Notes: generated by a model from the sequence alone, not told the origin. Numbered from the stretch's first letter, positions 25,106 through 35,173 are shown. The stretch: 64,000 bases of DNA from a virus (IMGVR_UViG_2617271079_000001:29667-93666), one strand, 5' to 3'. Made by a program: numbers and translations.

Positions 25106-26557
25106 TTAATAAAACTCTACTTCTTTTATTTCCAAACAATCAGGTTTCAACTGATCACTAACCCTATCCACAATGATTCTTTTTGCAAACATCTGTAGAA
25201 GCATTTTTTTCTCGAGAGCGTCAAGCTGATTCCAGTTTGTCTTTATATCCAGAAGAATTTCAGTAAGGTCCACAGAGCTCATTTTTTCTCCAGATGGTTG
25301 GAGGGAGCTCAGCTGCTTATTTACATCCTCTTCTTTAGTATTTTCCTCATCCATTCGGATAGAGAAATCTTCGTCACTAATCATTTCATTTACCCAAGCA
25401 TATTGCCATTTTTTCCTTCGCTTCTCTATTTCCTTTAGTTCCTTTTTTAACAAATTCAACTTATCTTTAGATTCATCAATTACATCCATTTTCGTAAGGT
25501 CGTTTATGATTTCTGGATTTATTTCAAATGTATCCAGATATTTAATAAATTGAGTTTCTAAATAACGCTCAGACATTTGTCTCTGATCACATTCGCCTAC
25601 TCTACTTTTGGAGCAATAATATGACCTTATTTTATATTCTGTAGATCCTCTTTTATAATTGCCATACTTCCCTGTAAGAGGAGAACCACAACGGGCACAT
25701 TTAGCGGTACCTGAGAATATAAATTTACTGGTAGCAGCTCTCGGATGAATAACCCTTCTACTTTTAAATATACTTTGAACATTGTTAAATATCTCTTTTG
25801 TGACGATAGGAGGATGGGTGTTTTCGATTTCAAAATAATTTTCTTTATTTACCCTGAAATTATACCTCATGGTTCCTATATACGTAGGGTTAGTGAGGAC
25901 GTATTTTATCTTAAAATCGCTCCATGGCGAATTTGTTTTCGTTCGGATTTGCAATCGATTTAATTCAACAGCGATACTTCTCGCACCTTTACCCTCAATG
26001 TAATAATTAAAAATCCTTTGCACAGTTAAAGCTTCTTCCTCATTTATTTTAAGCGACTTGTTTTCTTTATCTAAGTCATATCCATAAGGCGCCTGGTTAA
26101 TCACCCAGTTCCCCTCACGAGCCTTTTGTTCCATACCCATGCGTATTCTTTCTCCGGTATTTTCTCTCTCCCATTGAGCTAATGCAGCTACTATAGTTAT
26201 GAACATTCTACCCATTGCAGTGGTCGTATCGTATACTTCTGTGGCTGATTTGAATTTACAATCGTTTTTATCGAAGGTCTCCAAAATGTTATATAGATCA
26301 CGAACTGATCTCGTCAAACGATCCAGGCGGTAAACCAAGACACAATCAATCAAGTTTTGCTCAATGTGCTTCATCATTCTTTCCAGATTCGGTCTATTCG
26401 TATCTTTAGCACTGTATCCATCATCAATATAGATTTCGAATATATCCCATCCCTGGGAGACACAGTACGCTTTTAAGCGGTCTGTTTGGGCCCGGATAGA
26501 ATATCCCTCTGAAGCTTGCTCAGTTGTACTAACACGTACATATACTGCTGCTTTCAT
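25106..26557 (-). CDS. Large serine recombinase (integrase)
   Basis: YVRVST catalytic Ser, YRLDRLTR, recombinase domain, CxxC...C...C zinc ribbon, coiled coil. Confidence 0.97.
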   Translation of the reverse strand: MKAAVYVRVSTTEQASEGYSIRAQTDRLKAYCVSQGWDIFEIYIDDGYSAKDTNRPNLERMMKHIEQNLIDCVLVYRLDRLTRSVRDLYNILETFDKNDCKFKSATEVYDTTTAMGRMFITIVAALAQWERENTGERIRMGMEQKAREGNWVINQAPYGYDLDKENKSLKINEEEALTVQRIFNYYIEGKGARSIAVELNRLQIRTKTNSPWSDFKIKYVLTNPTYIGTMRYNFRVNKENYFEIENTHPPIVTKEIFNNVQSIFKSRRVIHPRAATSKFIFSGTAKCARCGSPLTGKYGNYKRGSTEYKIRSYYCSKSRVGECDQRQMSERYLETQFIKYLDTFEINPEIINDLTKMDVIDESKDKLNLLKKELKEIEKRRKKWQYAWVNEMISDEDFSIRMDEENTKEEDVNKQLSSLQPSGEKMSSVDLTEILLDIKTNWNQLDALEKKMLLQMFAKRIIVDRVSDQLKPDCLEIKEVEFY

Positions 26558-26623
26558 ACAATCACTTCCTTTAAAACTAAATTACTCATAAATTATGAAC
26601 AAAAAAATAGCGATCTTGGTAAT

Positions 26624-27112
26624 TTAATAAAAGTTCCTTGCCAGATGGTTCCTTCGAATAATCTGCTCCAATCGTTCCTCACATAGTTCTGGAGAGACAA
26701 GGAACATATCTGACATTTGTTTAATAACATCACGATCATTCAGGGGAATGTATTTGATCATGTGATAGGGGATAGCTGCGTATTGAGTGAAATGATGTGC
26801 GTCCCATTCTTGGAGCTCTCTAAAAGAAGCTGGCATAATGGTTTGAACTCCGGAATGCCTCAAGATATGGCATAACTCATGAAAGAAAATTTCTCTGTGT
26901 TTTTCAATAGGTTCTCTACTATCGATTACAATGTCTTGATATCTACCGATGACATGGAAGCTACTTGGGATAGGTTTTCTCTTTACATAAATGCCTAGGA
27001 ACCTACATATTCGCTCCTCACTTATTAAACTTGGGGTGGTTATTCCTAACTTCATGTAGAACCTAGAAACCCAATCTTCTAATCCGGTGGTCCTGTATGT
27101 TAATTGGTACAT
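26624..27112 (-). CDS. ImmA/IrrE-family metallopeptidase (antirepressor)
   Basis: HELCH (HExxH) and ELQEWDA; ATG at 27112 with GAGGTG RBS. Confidence 0.9.
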   Translation of the reverse strand: MYQLTYRTTGLEDWVSRFYMKLGITTPSLISEERICRFLGIYVKRKPIPSSFHVIGRYQDIVIDSREPIEKHREIFFHELCHILRHSGVQTIMPASFRELQEWDAHHFTQYAAIPYHMIKYIPLNDRDVIKQMSDMFLVSPELCEERLEQIIRRNHLARNFY

Positions 27113-27130
27113 TTTGCTCACCTCGGTAAC

Positions 27131-27159
27131 ATTATACAAACATACGTTCGTATTTTCAA
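27131..27159 (-). promoter_or_regulatory. SigA promoter with LexA (SOS) box in the spacer
   Basis: TTGAAA-N17-TATAAT on minus strand; CGAACGTATGTTTG at 27137-27150, one mismatch to CGAACRNRYGTTCG. Confidence 0.8.
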
Positions 27160-27273
27160 CAAAAAGCAATAGAGGCGTAAAATTATCCAAACATTTATGA
27201 AGGTATAAAAATGGGGAATAGGTTTAGTTGGGAGAATAGAATGAGATCTCTAGCTATGTTAAAAATGGTATAA

Positions 27274-28341
27274 ATGTATTATTATAGAATTGGAATATTT
27301 TCCTTTGTGAAAAACTACATAAAGAACATTTTGAGAGTTGGCGATGAAAAAATGATTTATCAAAAATATGCTGAAGTATTGTTGAGGTTACATGAATCTT
27401 ACCATCAATTAGTTTTAATGAAATTCAATAATGTTGAAGATTTTAATACTGATTATTGGTTAACCCAAATAGATGAGCAATTTAGAGATAAGATATTATT
27501 TACCCGTTACCAAGCCTTAGATAACACATACTATTTTAAGCCTCAATTCAAGTTTTACGATTCAAAAAAATACGGGGTCTTCTTTATTGAATATAGGAGT
27601 TATACGGGTAAAATATCGAAGAACATTTTCAACAATACTGTTAAATATATTTCTTATTTGAAAAGGACATTTTATGACGAAAAGTTGGAAGAAAAACTAA
27701 GTAAATTAGTAAAACCTAATTCTAATAATCAGTTTTGGAATGCAAAACAATCATTGTTTGATTTTTATGTTTCTACTGGAAATAGATATTTCAATTCATA
27801 TGGTGGGGATGCAACTCATTATAATTTAATTCTAGACTTGCTAGAACATTCAAATTACATTAACTGTCTTAGAATATGGAGAGGTGACGACATAATTGGT
27901 TTAATTGAAGATGATGATGAGAGAGAGGCTTTAACAACGTTATCACTTTTAATGTTTGAACAGGAAGTTAATTACGGAAGATATGAATTTCAACAAAATA
28001 CCAACTTTTTTAAAGATGAGTCTAAGAAAAAATACTATAGATCTAGAGACATGCTAATGGGATTTATAAATATGGCATTTTCTGATACTAAGCTATTTAA
28101 TGATTATCCTCATTGGGAGAAAGCAAACAATCAAAAAGCTTACCCCCATTTTGGAAAAGGCGAAAAATTAGGTTTTAAGAATTTAAATGATAGTTATTTA
28201 GTGTACTTTACTGAATTTAATAAAGAGAAAAAGTATAAGGATGTAAAATCACTCATGGAAGTAAATAATTATTTGTTTGAGTTTAGAAGTTTTGTTCGTA
28301 ATTCTGGTCAGAACCCACATTTTAATGGACTGACTTTGTAG
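27274..28341 (+). CDS. Hypothetical AT-rich accessory protein (start may be 27352)
   Basis: 355-aa ORF, no recognisable motif, first gene of defence-like island. Confidence 0.6.
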   Translation: MYYYRIGIFSFVKNYIKNILRVGDEKMIYQKYAEVLLRLHESYHQLVLMKFNNVEDFNTDYWLTQIDEQFRDKILFTRYQALDNTYYFKPQFKFYDSKKYGVFFIEYRSYTGKISKNIFNNTVKYISYLKRTFYDEKLEEKLSKLVKPNSNNQFWNAKQSLFDFYVSTGNRYFNSYGGDATHYNLILDLLEHSNYINCLRIWRGDDIIGLIEDDDEREALTTLSLLMFEQEVNYGRYEFQQNTNFFKDESKKKYYRSRDMLMGFINMAFSDTKLFNDYPHWEKANNQKAYPHFGKGEKLGFKNLNDSYLVYFTEFNKEKKYKDVKSLMEVNNYLFEFRSFVRNSGQNPHFNGLTL

Positions 28342-28487
28342 AGAATTTATGTGGAGGATGGATTCATTAAGATGAGATGTAAATGTTCAATTTAAAAAGC
28401 GTATTTCCCTTTAGTGACATTGAATTTATCCAGTGTTTTAAAATCGTTTATAAGGCTTAATGAAATAGAAATGGAGTATGGGGATTA

Positions 28488-29255
28488 ATGAATTTCAATA
28501 AAGAGGAACAGATTAAGAAACCTAATACTGTGCAAAAGAGGAACCCTAAATGGGAGAGAGACGAGTTAATTTTAGCTTTGGAATTATACTTTAGACATAA
28601 TCCCAACACAATAAGTGCAAAGCACCAAGAAGTATTGAAACTAAGCAAAATACTAAATTCACTTCCTATACATGGCATCTCACCTGAATACGTAAATTTC
28701 AGAAACCCAAATGGTGTGTATATGAAAATGAGCAACTTTTTGAGGCTCGACCCTAATTATAAAGGGAAAGGGTTAGAAAGGGGATCAAAATTAGAAGAAG
28801 AGGTATGGGATGAATATTATCCCAATAAACCAAAATTACGAGATTTAGCTGCACTCATTAAAGCAAGTGTGGAATTTAAGAAGGAAGAAATAAAACTTCC
28901 TATTAACGAAGAAGAGGAAGAAGTTTTTCCTGAAGGAAAAATCCTATTTAGAGTTCATAAATTGCGAGAAAGAAATGCTGGTGCTGTTAAAAAGAAAAAA
29001 CAACAGGCCCTTGAAGATAATGAACTTTATTGTGAAATTTGCCAGTTTGATTTTTTCAAAACATATGGAGAAATTGGGAAAGGTTTCATTGAATGTCACC
29101 ACACTATACCTGTATCTGAATACACTGAGAAGGATAATACAAAATTACAAGATTTAATTTTGGTTTGTTCTAATTGTCATAGAATGTTGCATAGGAGAAG
29201 ACCTTGGCTTGATAAAGATGATTTGATGAAGTTAATGGAGAAAGTCTCAAAATAA
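28488..29255 (+). CDS. McrA-like HNH restriction endonuclease
   Basis: RNPKWERDELILAL N-terminus; CEIC...IECHH...LVCSNCHRMLH zinc-HNH. Confidence 0.8.
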   Translation: MNFNKEEQIKKPNTVQKRNPKWERDELILALELYFRHNPNTISAKHQEVLKLSKILNSLPIHGISPEYVNFRNPNGVYMKMSNFLRLDPNYKGKGLERGSKLEEEVWDEYYPNKPKLRDLAALIKASVEFKKEEIKLPINEEEEEVFPEGKILFRVHKLRERNAGAVKKKKQQALEDNELYCEICQFDFFKTYGEIGKGFIECHHTIPVSEYTEKDNTKLQDLILVCSNCHRMLHRRRPWLDKDDLMKLMEKVSK

Positions 29256-29414
29256 TAATGCTTCCATAAGTAAAAATTTATGATTCTTTTTAATATTAGG
29301 TCAAGAAGAAGACACTTATAAGCATGTTTTGATGAGTACCATAAGCTACAATAACCATCAAATCTATATTGAACGTAATAGATATTGAAATCTAAAATGA
29401 ATAGGAGATAAAAT

Positions 29415-31004
29415 ATGATATTAAAATTAGAAGGTTATGATGGTACATTCAGGGTTGAGGTTAAAGTAGATTATATAAATAATATAATACATGTCCTAGA
29501 TTTATGGGATCCTAATTCTACATCATTGATTAATGGAATTGATCTTAATGAAAACCAACAGAGAATTCTAAACCTCGTTGATATAGATAAGGTGGGGGAT
29601 CCTGGTTATTGGAGATGGTATATTTATTCTCCGGGAAAAACAAATGCAGTTTATGATTTTAATAATGGAGAATTTAAAGAAGTTGATAGATACTTGTACG
29701 AAGGTTTCTTGGATAAAATAAAAAAGAATGGTTCATCAACTTCAAACTATTTCATTGAAGAGATAGAAATAAAAGAATTTAGAAATATTAAAGATTTACA
29801 TATAAAAATAGATTGTAACGAAAAGAAACACTTAATTTTGACTGGGAAAAATGGAAGTGGGAAGACCTCGTTATTATTAGAGTTAAAAAATTATTTTAGG
29901 TCTTTTGAAGATGGTAACTTTAAATATCTTAAAAGTTGGATGGACTCATTACATAATACAAAAAATAGATTATTTGAGATTAGCGCTAATAATATTGAAA
30001 ATTCAGAAAGTATATTGGTGGAAAAAGAGCAGTTGCAAAATCACATGAAATCATTAAATAATTCGTTGGATAGATACGGGAAACTTAAACCTGCATTTTC
30101 AGAGACATACGAATTATTGGATTCTTATGAAAACGGAAATTTTATTATTGCATATTTTGACTCCAAAAGAACTACTAACATGGTTGTTCCTGATTCTATA
30201 AGGAAAATTAAATTAAATTTAAAGTATAATGCTGATGATCGTCCAAGTAATATATTTATTCAGTATTTAGTAAATATGAAGGCAGAACAAGCATTTGCAA
30301 ATCAATCTGATAATCAAGATTTAGTGAAAAAAATTGATTATTGGTTTGAGAACTTAGAAAGAGCATTTAGCGAGCTTTTTGAAAGTGAAAATTTTAAGCT
30401 CGAGTTTGACTTTAAAGAAATGAATTTTTTCATTAAAGAAAAAAATAAGGCCAAATATTCTTTTGAGCATCTATCAGATGGCTATTCATCTGTAATTAGC
30501 ATTGTATCTGATATTATGATGAGAATGGAAAACAAGGTAAATGCAAATGGTATATATAACCTTGAAGGAATAGTATTAATAGATGAATTAGAAACTCATT
30601 TACATGTCAGTTTACAGAAGAAAATATTCCCTTTTTTACTTGCAATATTTCCAAGAATTCAATTTATTGTCACTACTCATTCCCCGTTTGTATTAAGCTC
30701 TGCCGAGAATTCGGTAATCTATGATTTAGAGAATAATTTACGTATAGAAGATTTAACACCTTATTCTTATGAAGGTATTGTGGAGGGTTACTTTGGAATT
30801 GATAAATACTCAAAATCCATAAAAGAAAAGATAGACAGATATAAAACACTAATAAATAATTATGAAAACTTAACTGAAGAAGAAGAAGAAGAAGTAATAT
30901 TAATAAAACGGTATATAAAACAAGTCCCAGATAAATTTGCTCAAGAATTAAAACTGAAATTTTATGACCTTGAGCTATTAAGAAGGGAGAAAATGAAAAA
31001 ATGA
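29415..31004 (+). CDS. ABC/AAA_21 ATPase, Septu PtuA-like, with extra N-terminal domain
   Basis: GKNGSGKT, LSDG signature, VLIDELETHLH and TTHSP; paired with a downstream HNH. Confidence 0.8.
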   Translation: MILKLEGYDGTFRVEVKVDYINNIIHVLDLWDPNSTSLINGIDLNENQQRILNLVDIDKVGDPGYWRWYIYSPGKTNAVYDFNNGEFKEVDRYLYEGFLDKIKKNGSSTSNYFIEEIEIKEFRNIKDLHIKIDCNEKKHLILTGKNGSGKTSLLLELKNYFRSFEDGNFKYLKSWMDSLHNTKNRLFEISANNIENSESILVEKEQLQNHMKSLNNSLDRYGKLKPAFSETYELLDSYENGNFIIAYFDSKRTTNMVVPDSIRKIKLNLKYNADDRPSNIFIQYLVNMKAEQAFANQSDNQDLVKKIDYWFENLERAFSELFESENFKLEFDFKEMNFFIKEKNKAKYSFEHLSDGYSSVISIVSDIMMRMENKVNANGIYNLEGIVLIDELETHLHVSLQKKIFPFLLAIFPRIQFIVTTHSPFVLSSAENSVIYDLENNLRIEDLTPYSYEGIVEGYFGIDKYSKSIKEKIDRYKTLINNYENLTEEEEEEVILIKRYIKQVPDKFAQELKLKFYDLELLRREKMKK

Positions 31005-31705
31005 TATTCTATGAAAAATCTGTACCAGCTCCTGAGAGTTTAGAGGAAGAAAAGCAAAAAGCAAATGGTACATATTTAATGGAGGATGTTCTTGAACAAT
31101 TAAAAAAAGATTTTAAAAATAAATGTTATATATGTGAAAACAATGAACTTACTTCAATAAATGTCGAGCATTTAGTATCCCATCAAGGAGATTTAGAGAA
31201 AAAATTCTCTTGGGAAAACTTATTTTGGTCTTGTTCTCATTGTAATAATATTAAGCTCCAACACTATGATAATATATTGAATTGTACTTTAAGAGAAGAT
31301 GAAGTAGAGGAAAGCATAAAGATTAAAATAGATCCTTATCCTAAATCGAAAGTACAAGTAGTTGCAATGAAGAATGACCAAAGAGTGGAAAAAACAGTTG
31401 AATTACTAAACAAGGTTTATAATGGTACTACGATATTAAAAACTGAAGAGGCTGAAACAATAAGAAAGAAACTATTAGATGAAATAAGGGATTTTCAATC
31501 ATTACTTTTTGATTATGATGAATTAGATAAAGAAGATGAAATGGAACGTAGGGAGATTCATCATTATAAAAATCTTATAAGAAAACACTTAAAAAGTAAT
31601 TCAGCATACACCGGCTTTAAAAGATGGATAATAAGAGAAATTCCAGAATTAAGCGATGAATTTGGTCATCTGTTTATGGAATCTAATAATACCCAAGTAA
31701 AATAA
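31001..31705 (+). CDS. HNH endonuclease, Septu PtuB-like
   Basis: KCYICE...VEHL...WENLFWSCSHCN; overlaps ATPase stop (ATGA). Confidence 0.8.
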   Translation: MIFYEKSVPAPESLEEEKQKANGTYLMEDVLEQLKKDFKNKCYICENNELTSINVEHLVSHQGDLEKKFSWENLFWSCSHCNNIKLQHYDNILNCTLREDEVEESIKIKIDPYPKSKVQVVAMKNDQRVEKTVELLNKVYNGTTILKTEEAETIRKKLLDEIRDFQSLLFDYDELDKEDEMERREIHHYKNLIRKHLKSNSAYTGFKRWIIREIPELSDEFGHLFMESNNTQVK

Positions 31706-31919
31706 AAACCCTTCAAGGGTTTTTATTTTAAATATCTCTTTGTTTTTTTAAAACCGCATACTCTAAAAACATCTTAAATTTTGGGTTAATCTATTCTAGT
31801 TTGAAACTGCAATAAATAATTACCAGTAGTTTTACTCCAAAACACAAATAAATATAATTACAAGTAACAGCAGCTTTCAAAATATGAATAATATGAAACT
31901 ATTATAGGAGCCTCTTAAA

Positions 31920-32873
31920 ATGCAAAAGAAAATGAACTACTTAATAATCCTTATAGCCACCATCTTAATGGTGGGTTGTGCCGACGTTGAAAATGTATCT
32001 ACTACTAAGGAAAAAACAGACCAAGAAGTACCCGCAGCAAATACAAATGAAAATAGTGAGAAAGCAGAACCTAACACTGTTGATGAAGAACCTGTAACAG
32101 AAGAGCAAGCACCAGAAGAAACATTAATTGAAACAAATGATGAATTGTTCCAGGGATACAAACTTATCGAAGTTGATGGTGGTGATTTGTCGGGAAATCG
32201 TGAACCAAACGTCGTAGTCGACATTGGTTTTGAGGATCGTGAGTATTGGGCGTTTACGAATGAATACGGTCAACTAGTCCGTGTCATTGCTGACGAAATC
32301 ATTATACAAGATGACAGTAAGGAACCTGTATTATCGTCTGGCAGATACTACTCAGATGAGGCAAAAGTTCCTGGTGTCGAAAGTGACACTTTAGATGAAG
32401 GACATATCATTGCTGATTCTCTCGGAGGGGTATCGAATGCTTACAATATCACTCCCCAAGAAAGTACGCTTAACCGACATGGTGATCAAGCTTATATGGA
32501 GGACGTAATCCGTAAAGCTGGAGGAGTCACTAATTTTGAAGCAATTATCACATATCCAGATACGGACACACAAATCCCTTCAAGTTACCAGTATACCTAT
32601 ACTTTAAAGGGTGAAGAGGTGGTTGATTTCTTTGATAACATGAACCCTGATGAAGTAAACGAGTCCCTCGGTTTAACTGAAAGTGAGGCTTCGGATTCAC
32701 CTTCAACTAGTTCAGACACAAACGGCGATATTTCAAGTGTTGATACAAACGGTAATGGCCAGGTGACTATTAAAGAAGCAGAAGATGCAGGTTTTAGTAT
32801 GCCAATAATGAGTGATCATTGGTTATATCCTTATATGCGTGATAATGATGGAGATGGGATGGTAGGGGAGTAA
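31920..32873 (+). CDS. Lipoprotein DNA/RNA non-specific endonuclease with EF-hand-like C-terminus
   Basis: Lipobox MVGC; DEGHIIADSLGG...NITPQ..TLN; DTNGNGQVT and DNDGDG Ca-binding-like motifs. Confidence 0.85.
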   Translation: MQKKMNYLIILIATILMVGCADVENVSTTKEKTDQEVPAANTNENSEKAEPNTVDEEPVTEEQAPEETLIETNDELFQGYKLIEVDGGDLSGNREPNVVVDIGFEDREYWAFTNEYGQLVRVIADEIIIQDDSKEPVLSSGRYYSDEAKVPGVESDTLDEGHIIADSLGGVSNAYNITPQESTLNRHGDQAYMEDVIRKAGGVTNFEAIITYPDTDTQIPSSYQYTYTLKGEEVVDFFDNMNPDEVNESLGLTESEASDSPSTSSDTNGDISSVDTNGNGQVTIKEAEDAGFSMPIMSDHWLYPYMRDNDGDGMVGE

Positions 32874-33032
32874 CCCTCTAGTACTTTGAGTCAAGAGTAA
32901 TCGGCCGAAAAACATCAATGATTGTATAACAAGTTACTACACGACATTTATTTTGCAATTATCGTTTTACTTAGGAAGTGAATGCAATTTATTAGTTATA
33001 AATATAAATTATTTTGAAAGCGAGGAATAAAT

Positions 33033-34094
33033 TTGAGTAATGATTTTCGTTTTGATAGTAACATTCATGGAATTCAGGTTAATAACGTAAAACAAGAAAA
33101 TGGTACAAATGCAGCCATAGCTTCATTAAGGCTTGCTTTGAAGAATTATTTTAGTACATATCAATTTAGTGAACGGATTACTATCCAAGATAACATTGAA
33201 GCAGCAACAGAGAGACATTTAGCCAGTTTATTGTCCTATCAAGAAAAATACTTACAAACGATATTTCACTTTCACCATTTTATAGAGTTACTGATTAAAG
33301 ATGAATTACGCCTAATAAATCCGATATTAGCTGTTAAATTAGATACTGATAACGGCAGGAATATTATGAATCTCATTAAAAACAAAACAAATAGTGGTAG
33401 CATTGGTAATAGAACTGTTGAGTTTATGGTAGCCCTGAAAAGATTGTATTCATTAGCGGATTCAGAATGCAAAATAGGAGAAATCATAAAAAAACATAAA
33501 AGAGGGCTTACTGATTTAAATACCCTACGTAATAGAGCTTGGCATAGAGGTACTTTCGTTTTACTTTATAGAGAATTAGATAGGTTTATAGGGACTAATA
33601 TTTTACCATGTATCATTGAATGTATGGAGTATTCAATATACAAAGGTTCAGAGAGATTCTGGAAATACAAATCCCCTAAAATTGATATAGACCCAATTAA
33701 GAAAATCATTGAAGCCACAAAAAAACCCGAAATAAACTATTCAGAAGTTGCTTTCTATAAAGCCATAGGCTTAGCCTCTTATGATATTCCATTAGAATTT
33801 GGAACTATTGGGAAAAGATATATGCAGCCTTCCGAAAAGAAAGCTAAAGCTCTTTTAGGGAGTGGAAGTGATGCTGACGAGGTTTTAGAATGTTTTGTTT
33901 GCGGTAAACAATCGCTTGTCAGTTATAGAGAAGACGATTGGGATCATGATGAACAAGGTCAACCTATTAATGGTTGGTGGAGAATTTATGAAGTTGAGTG
34001 TCAAGAATGTCATTTAAGGCTGGATAGACACATTGGTAACCCCAAAAAATACGGTGTTGAAATTCCTGACCTATGGTTAGGAGAAGAGTACTAA
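33033..34094 (+). CDS. HEPN-like protein with C-terminal zinc ribbon
   Basis: LRNRAWH (RxxxxH); CFVC...CQEC. Confidence 0.55.
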   Translation: MSNDFRFDSNIHGIQVNNVKQENGTNAAIASLRLALKNYFSTYQFSERITIQDNIEAATERHLASLLSYQEKYLQTIFHFHHFIELLIKDELRLINPILAVKLDTDNGRNIMNLIKNKTNSGSIGNRTVEFMVALKRLYSLADSECKIGEIIKKHKRGLTDLNTLRNRAWHRGTFVLLYRELDRFIGTNILPCIIECMEYSIYKGSERFWKYKSPKIDIDPIKKIIEATKKPEINYSEVAFYKAIGLASYDIPLEFGTIGKRYMQPSEKKAKALLGSGSDADEVLECFVCGKQSLVSYREDDWDHDEQGQPINGWWRIYEVECQECHLRLDRHIGNPKKYGVEIPDLWLGEEY

Positions 34095-34241
34095 GGTTAC
34101 TTCTTTAATTAATCAGAGAGTCAAATTGGTTGTACTCTAAGTCTTTTGGTTTGAATTTTGTGTACGTATCTCCTCCACAAATGGGGCTTTAGGGATTCAA
34201 AAAAGCTCAGAGAAAACTCTCTGAGCTTTTTTGTACAAAAT

Positions 34242-34643
34242 TTAATTATCTTTATTCCTCTGCTTTGCCTGAAACACCACATATTCAAAATGCTTCTTAA
34301 TTTCCTCTATATCTTCCTGGGAAAGATCCTTCCACTTCTCAATATCAAAGAAACCAAATTGTTCTATGCCGTATTCTTTAACGAGCTTGTTTATTTCATC
34401 GAGTGAACTGGAGTTAGTGCTCTTATTATTAAGTGTTTCATTTGGATCATCAGTTCTTCCGAGTAAATAGTCAACACTGACATCGTAATAATCTGCTAAT
34501 TTATTTAGTATTTCAGTATCAGGTTCACTTCTTCCATTTTCGTAATGGGAGTAACGTGCCCTTGATATACCAATTCGTCCTGCAACTTCTTCCTGGGTTG
34601 TTTTACCTCTTAAATTTTTCAGCCTTTTTGTTAGCATAAGCAA
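34242..34643 (-). CDS. ImmR/Xre-family prophage repressor
   Basis: [27 protein letters not shown]...[14 protein letters not shown]. Confidence 0.92.
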   Translation of the reverse strand: MLMLTKRLKNLRGKTTQEEVAGRIGISRARYSHYENGRSEPDTEILNKLADYYDVSVDYLLGRTDDPNETLNNKSTNSSSLDEINKLVKEYGIEQFGFFDIEKWKDLSQEDIEEIKKHFEYVVFQAKQRNKDN

Positions 34644-34696
34644 CCCTTCCTTAATACTGATCTATATACGTTAATATACGTATTAACTTTATTATA

Positions 34697-35040
34697 GATA
34701 CAAATTTTATCGGAATAAATAAATGATAAGAAATGTATCAAAAATAGTTGACGATACAAAAAATATCGATTAATATAAAGTTATTGATACAAAAAGTATC
34801 AATTAGGGAGGTGAAGAAATGAAAAGAAGAAAATTAATTGAGCTAAGAAAGCAAATGAATCTAACTCAAAGACAAGTTGCTGAGTCATTAGGGATTTCGG
34901 AAGTATATGTTAGAAAGATTGAAAAAGGTGATTCACATCCTGGTAGAGAAACAATGGTGAAATTTCAAAAGTTTTATCAATATGAGTTAACAGAGTTGTT
35001 TCCAGATATTTTTTTAATTAGTTTTGATACAAAATGTATC
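34697..35040. promoter_or_regulatory. Repressor operators GATAC-N5-GTATC (5 copies)
   Basis: Copies at 34697-34711, 34725-34739, 34753-34767, 34786-34800 and 35026-35040; overlap divergent promoters (TTGACG at 34748). Confidence 0.8.
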
Positions 35041-35046
35041 AATTAG
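34819..35046 (+). CDS. Cro-like HTH regulator
   Basis: LTQRQVAESLGISEVYVRKIEKG; divergent from repressor. Confidence 0.88.
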   Translation: MKRRKLIELRKQMNLTQRQVAESLGISEVYVRKIEKGDSHPGRETMVKFQKFYQYELTELFPDIFLISFDTKCIN

Positions 35047-35062
35047 TAAGGAGCTGATCTAA

Positions 35063-35173
35063 ATGAACCAACCATCAGACGAAACAATCAAAAAAATTCT
35101 AAGCTACTTCTTAAAAACATCAGTCCCAAGAATCATTGAAGAACGCAAGCGAAAATCTGAAAAAGCAAGTTAA
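35063..35173 (+). CDS. 36-aa early phage peptide
   Basis: MNQPSDETIKKILSYFLKTSVPRIIEERKRKSEKAS; AAGGAG RBS; not in ORF track. Confidence 0.6.
   Translation: MNQPSDETIKKILSYFLKTSVPRIIEERKRKSEKAS

Noticed and set aside
29415-31705. Retron-associated ATPase/HNH system
   Set aside because: No reverse transcriptase or msr-msd-like region is visible nearby, so it is treated as stand-alone Septu-like.
26624-34643. Arbitrium (AimR/AimP) or Rap-Phr communication system
   Set aside because: No TPR-type receptor followed by a short secreted propeptide was recognised.
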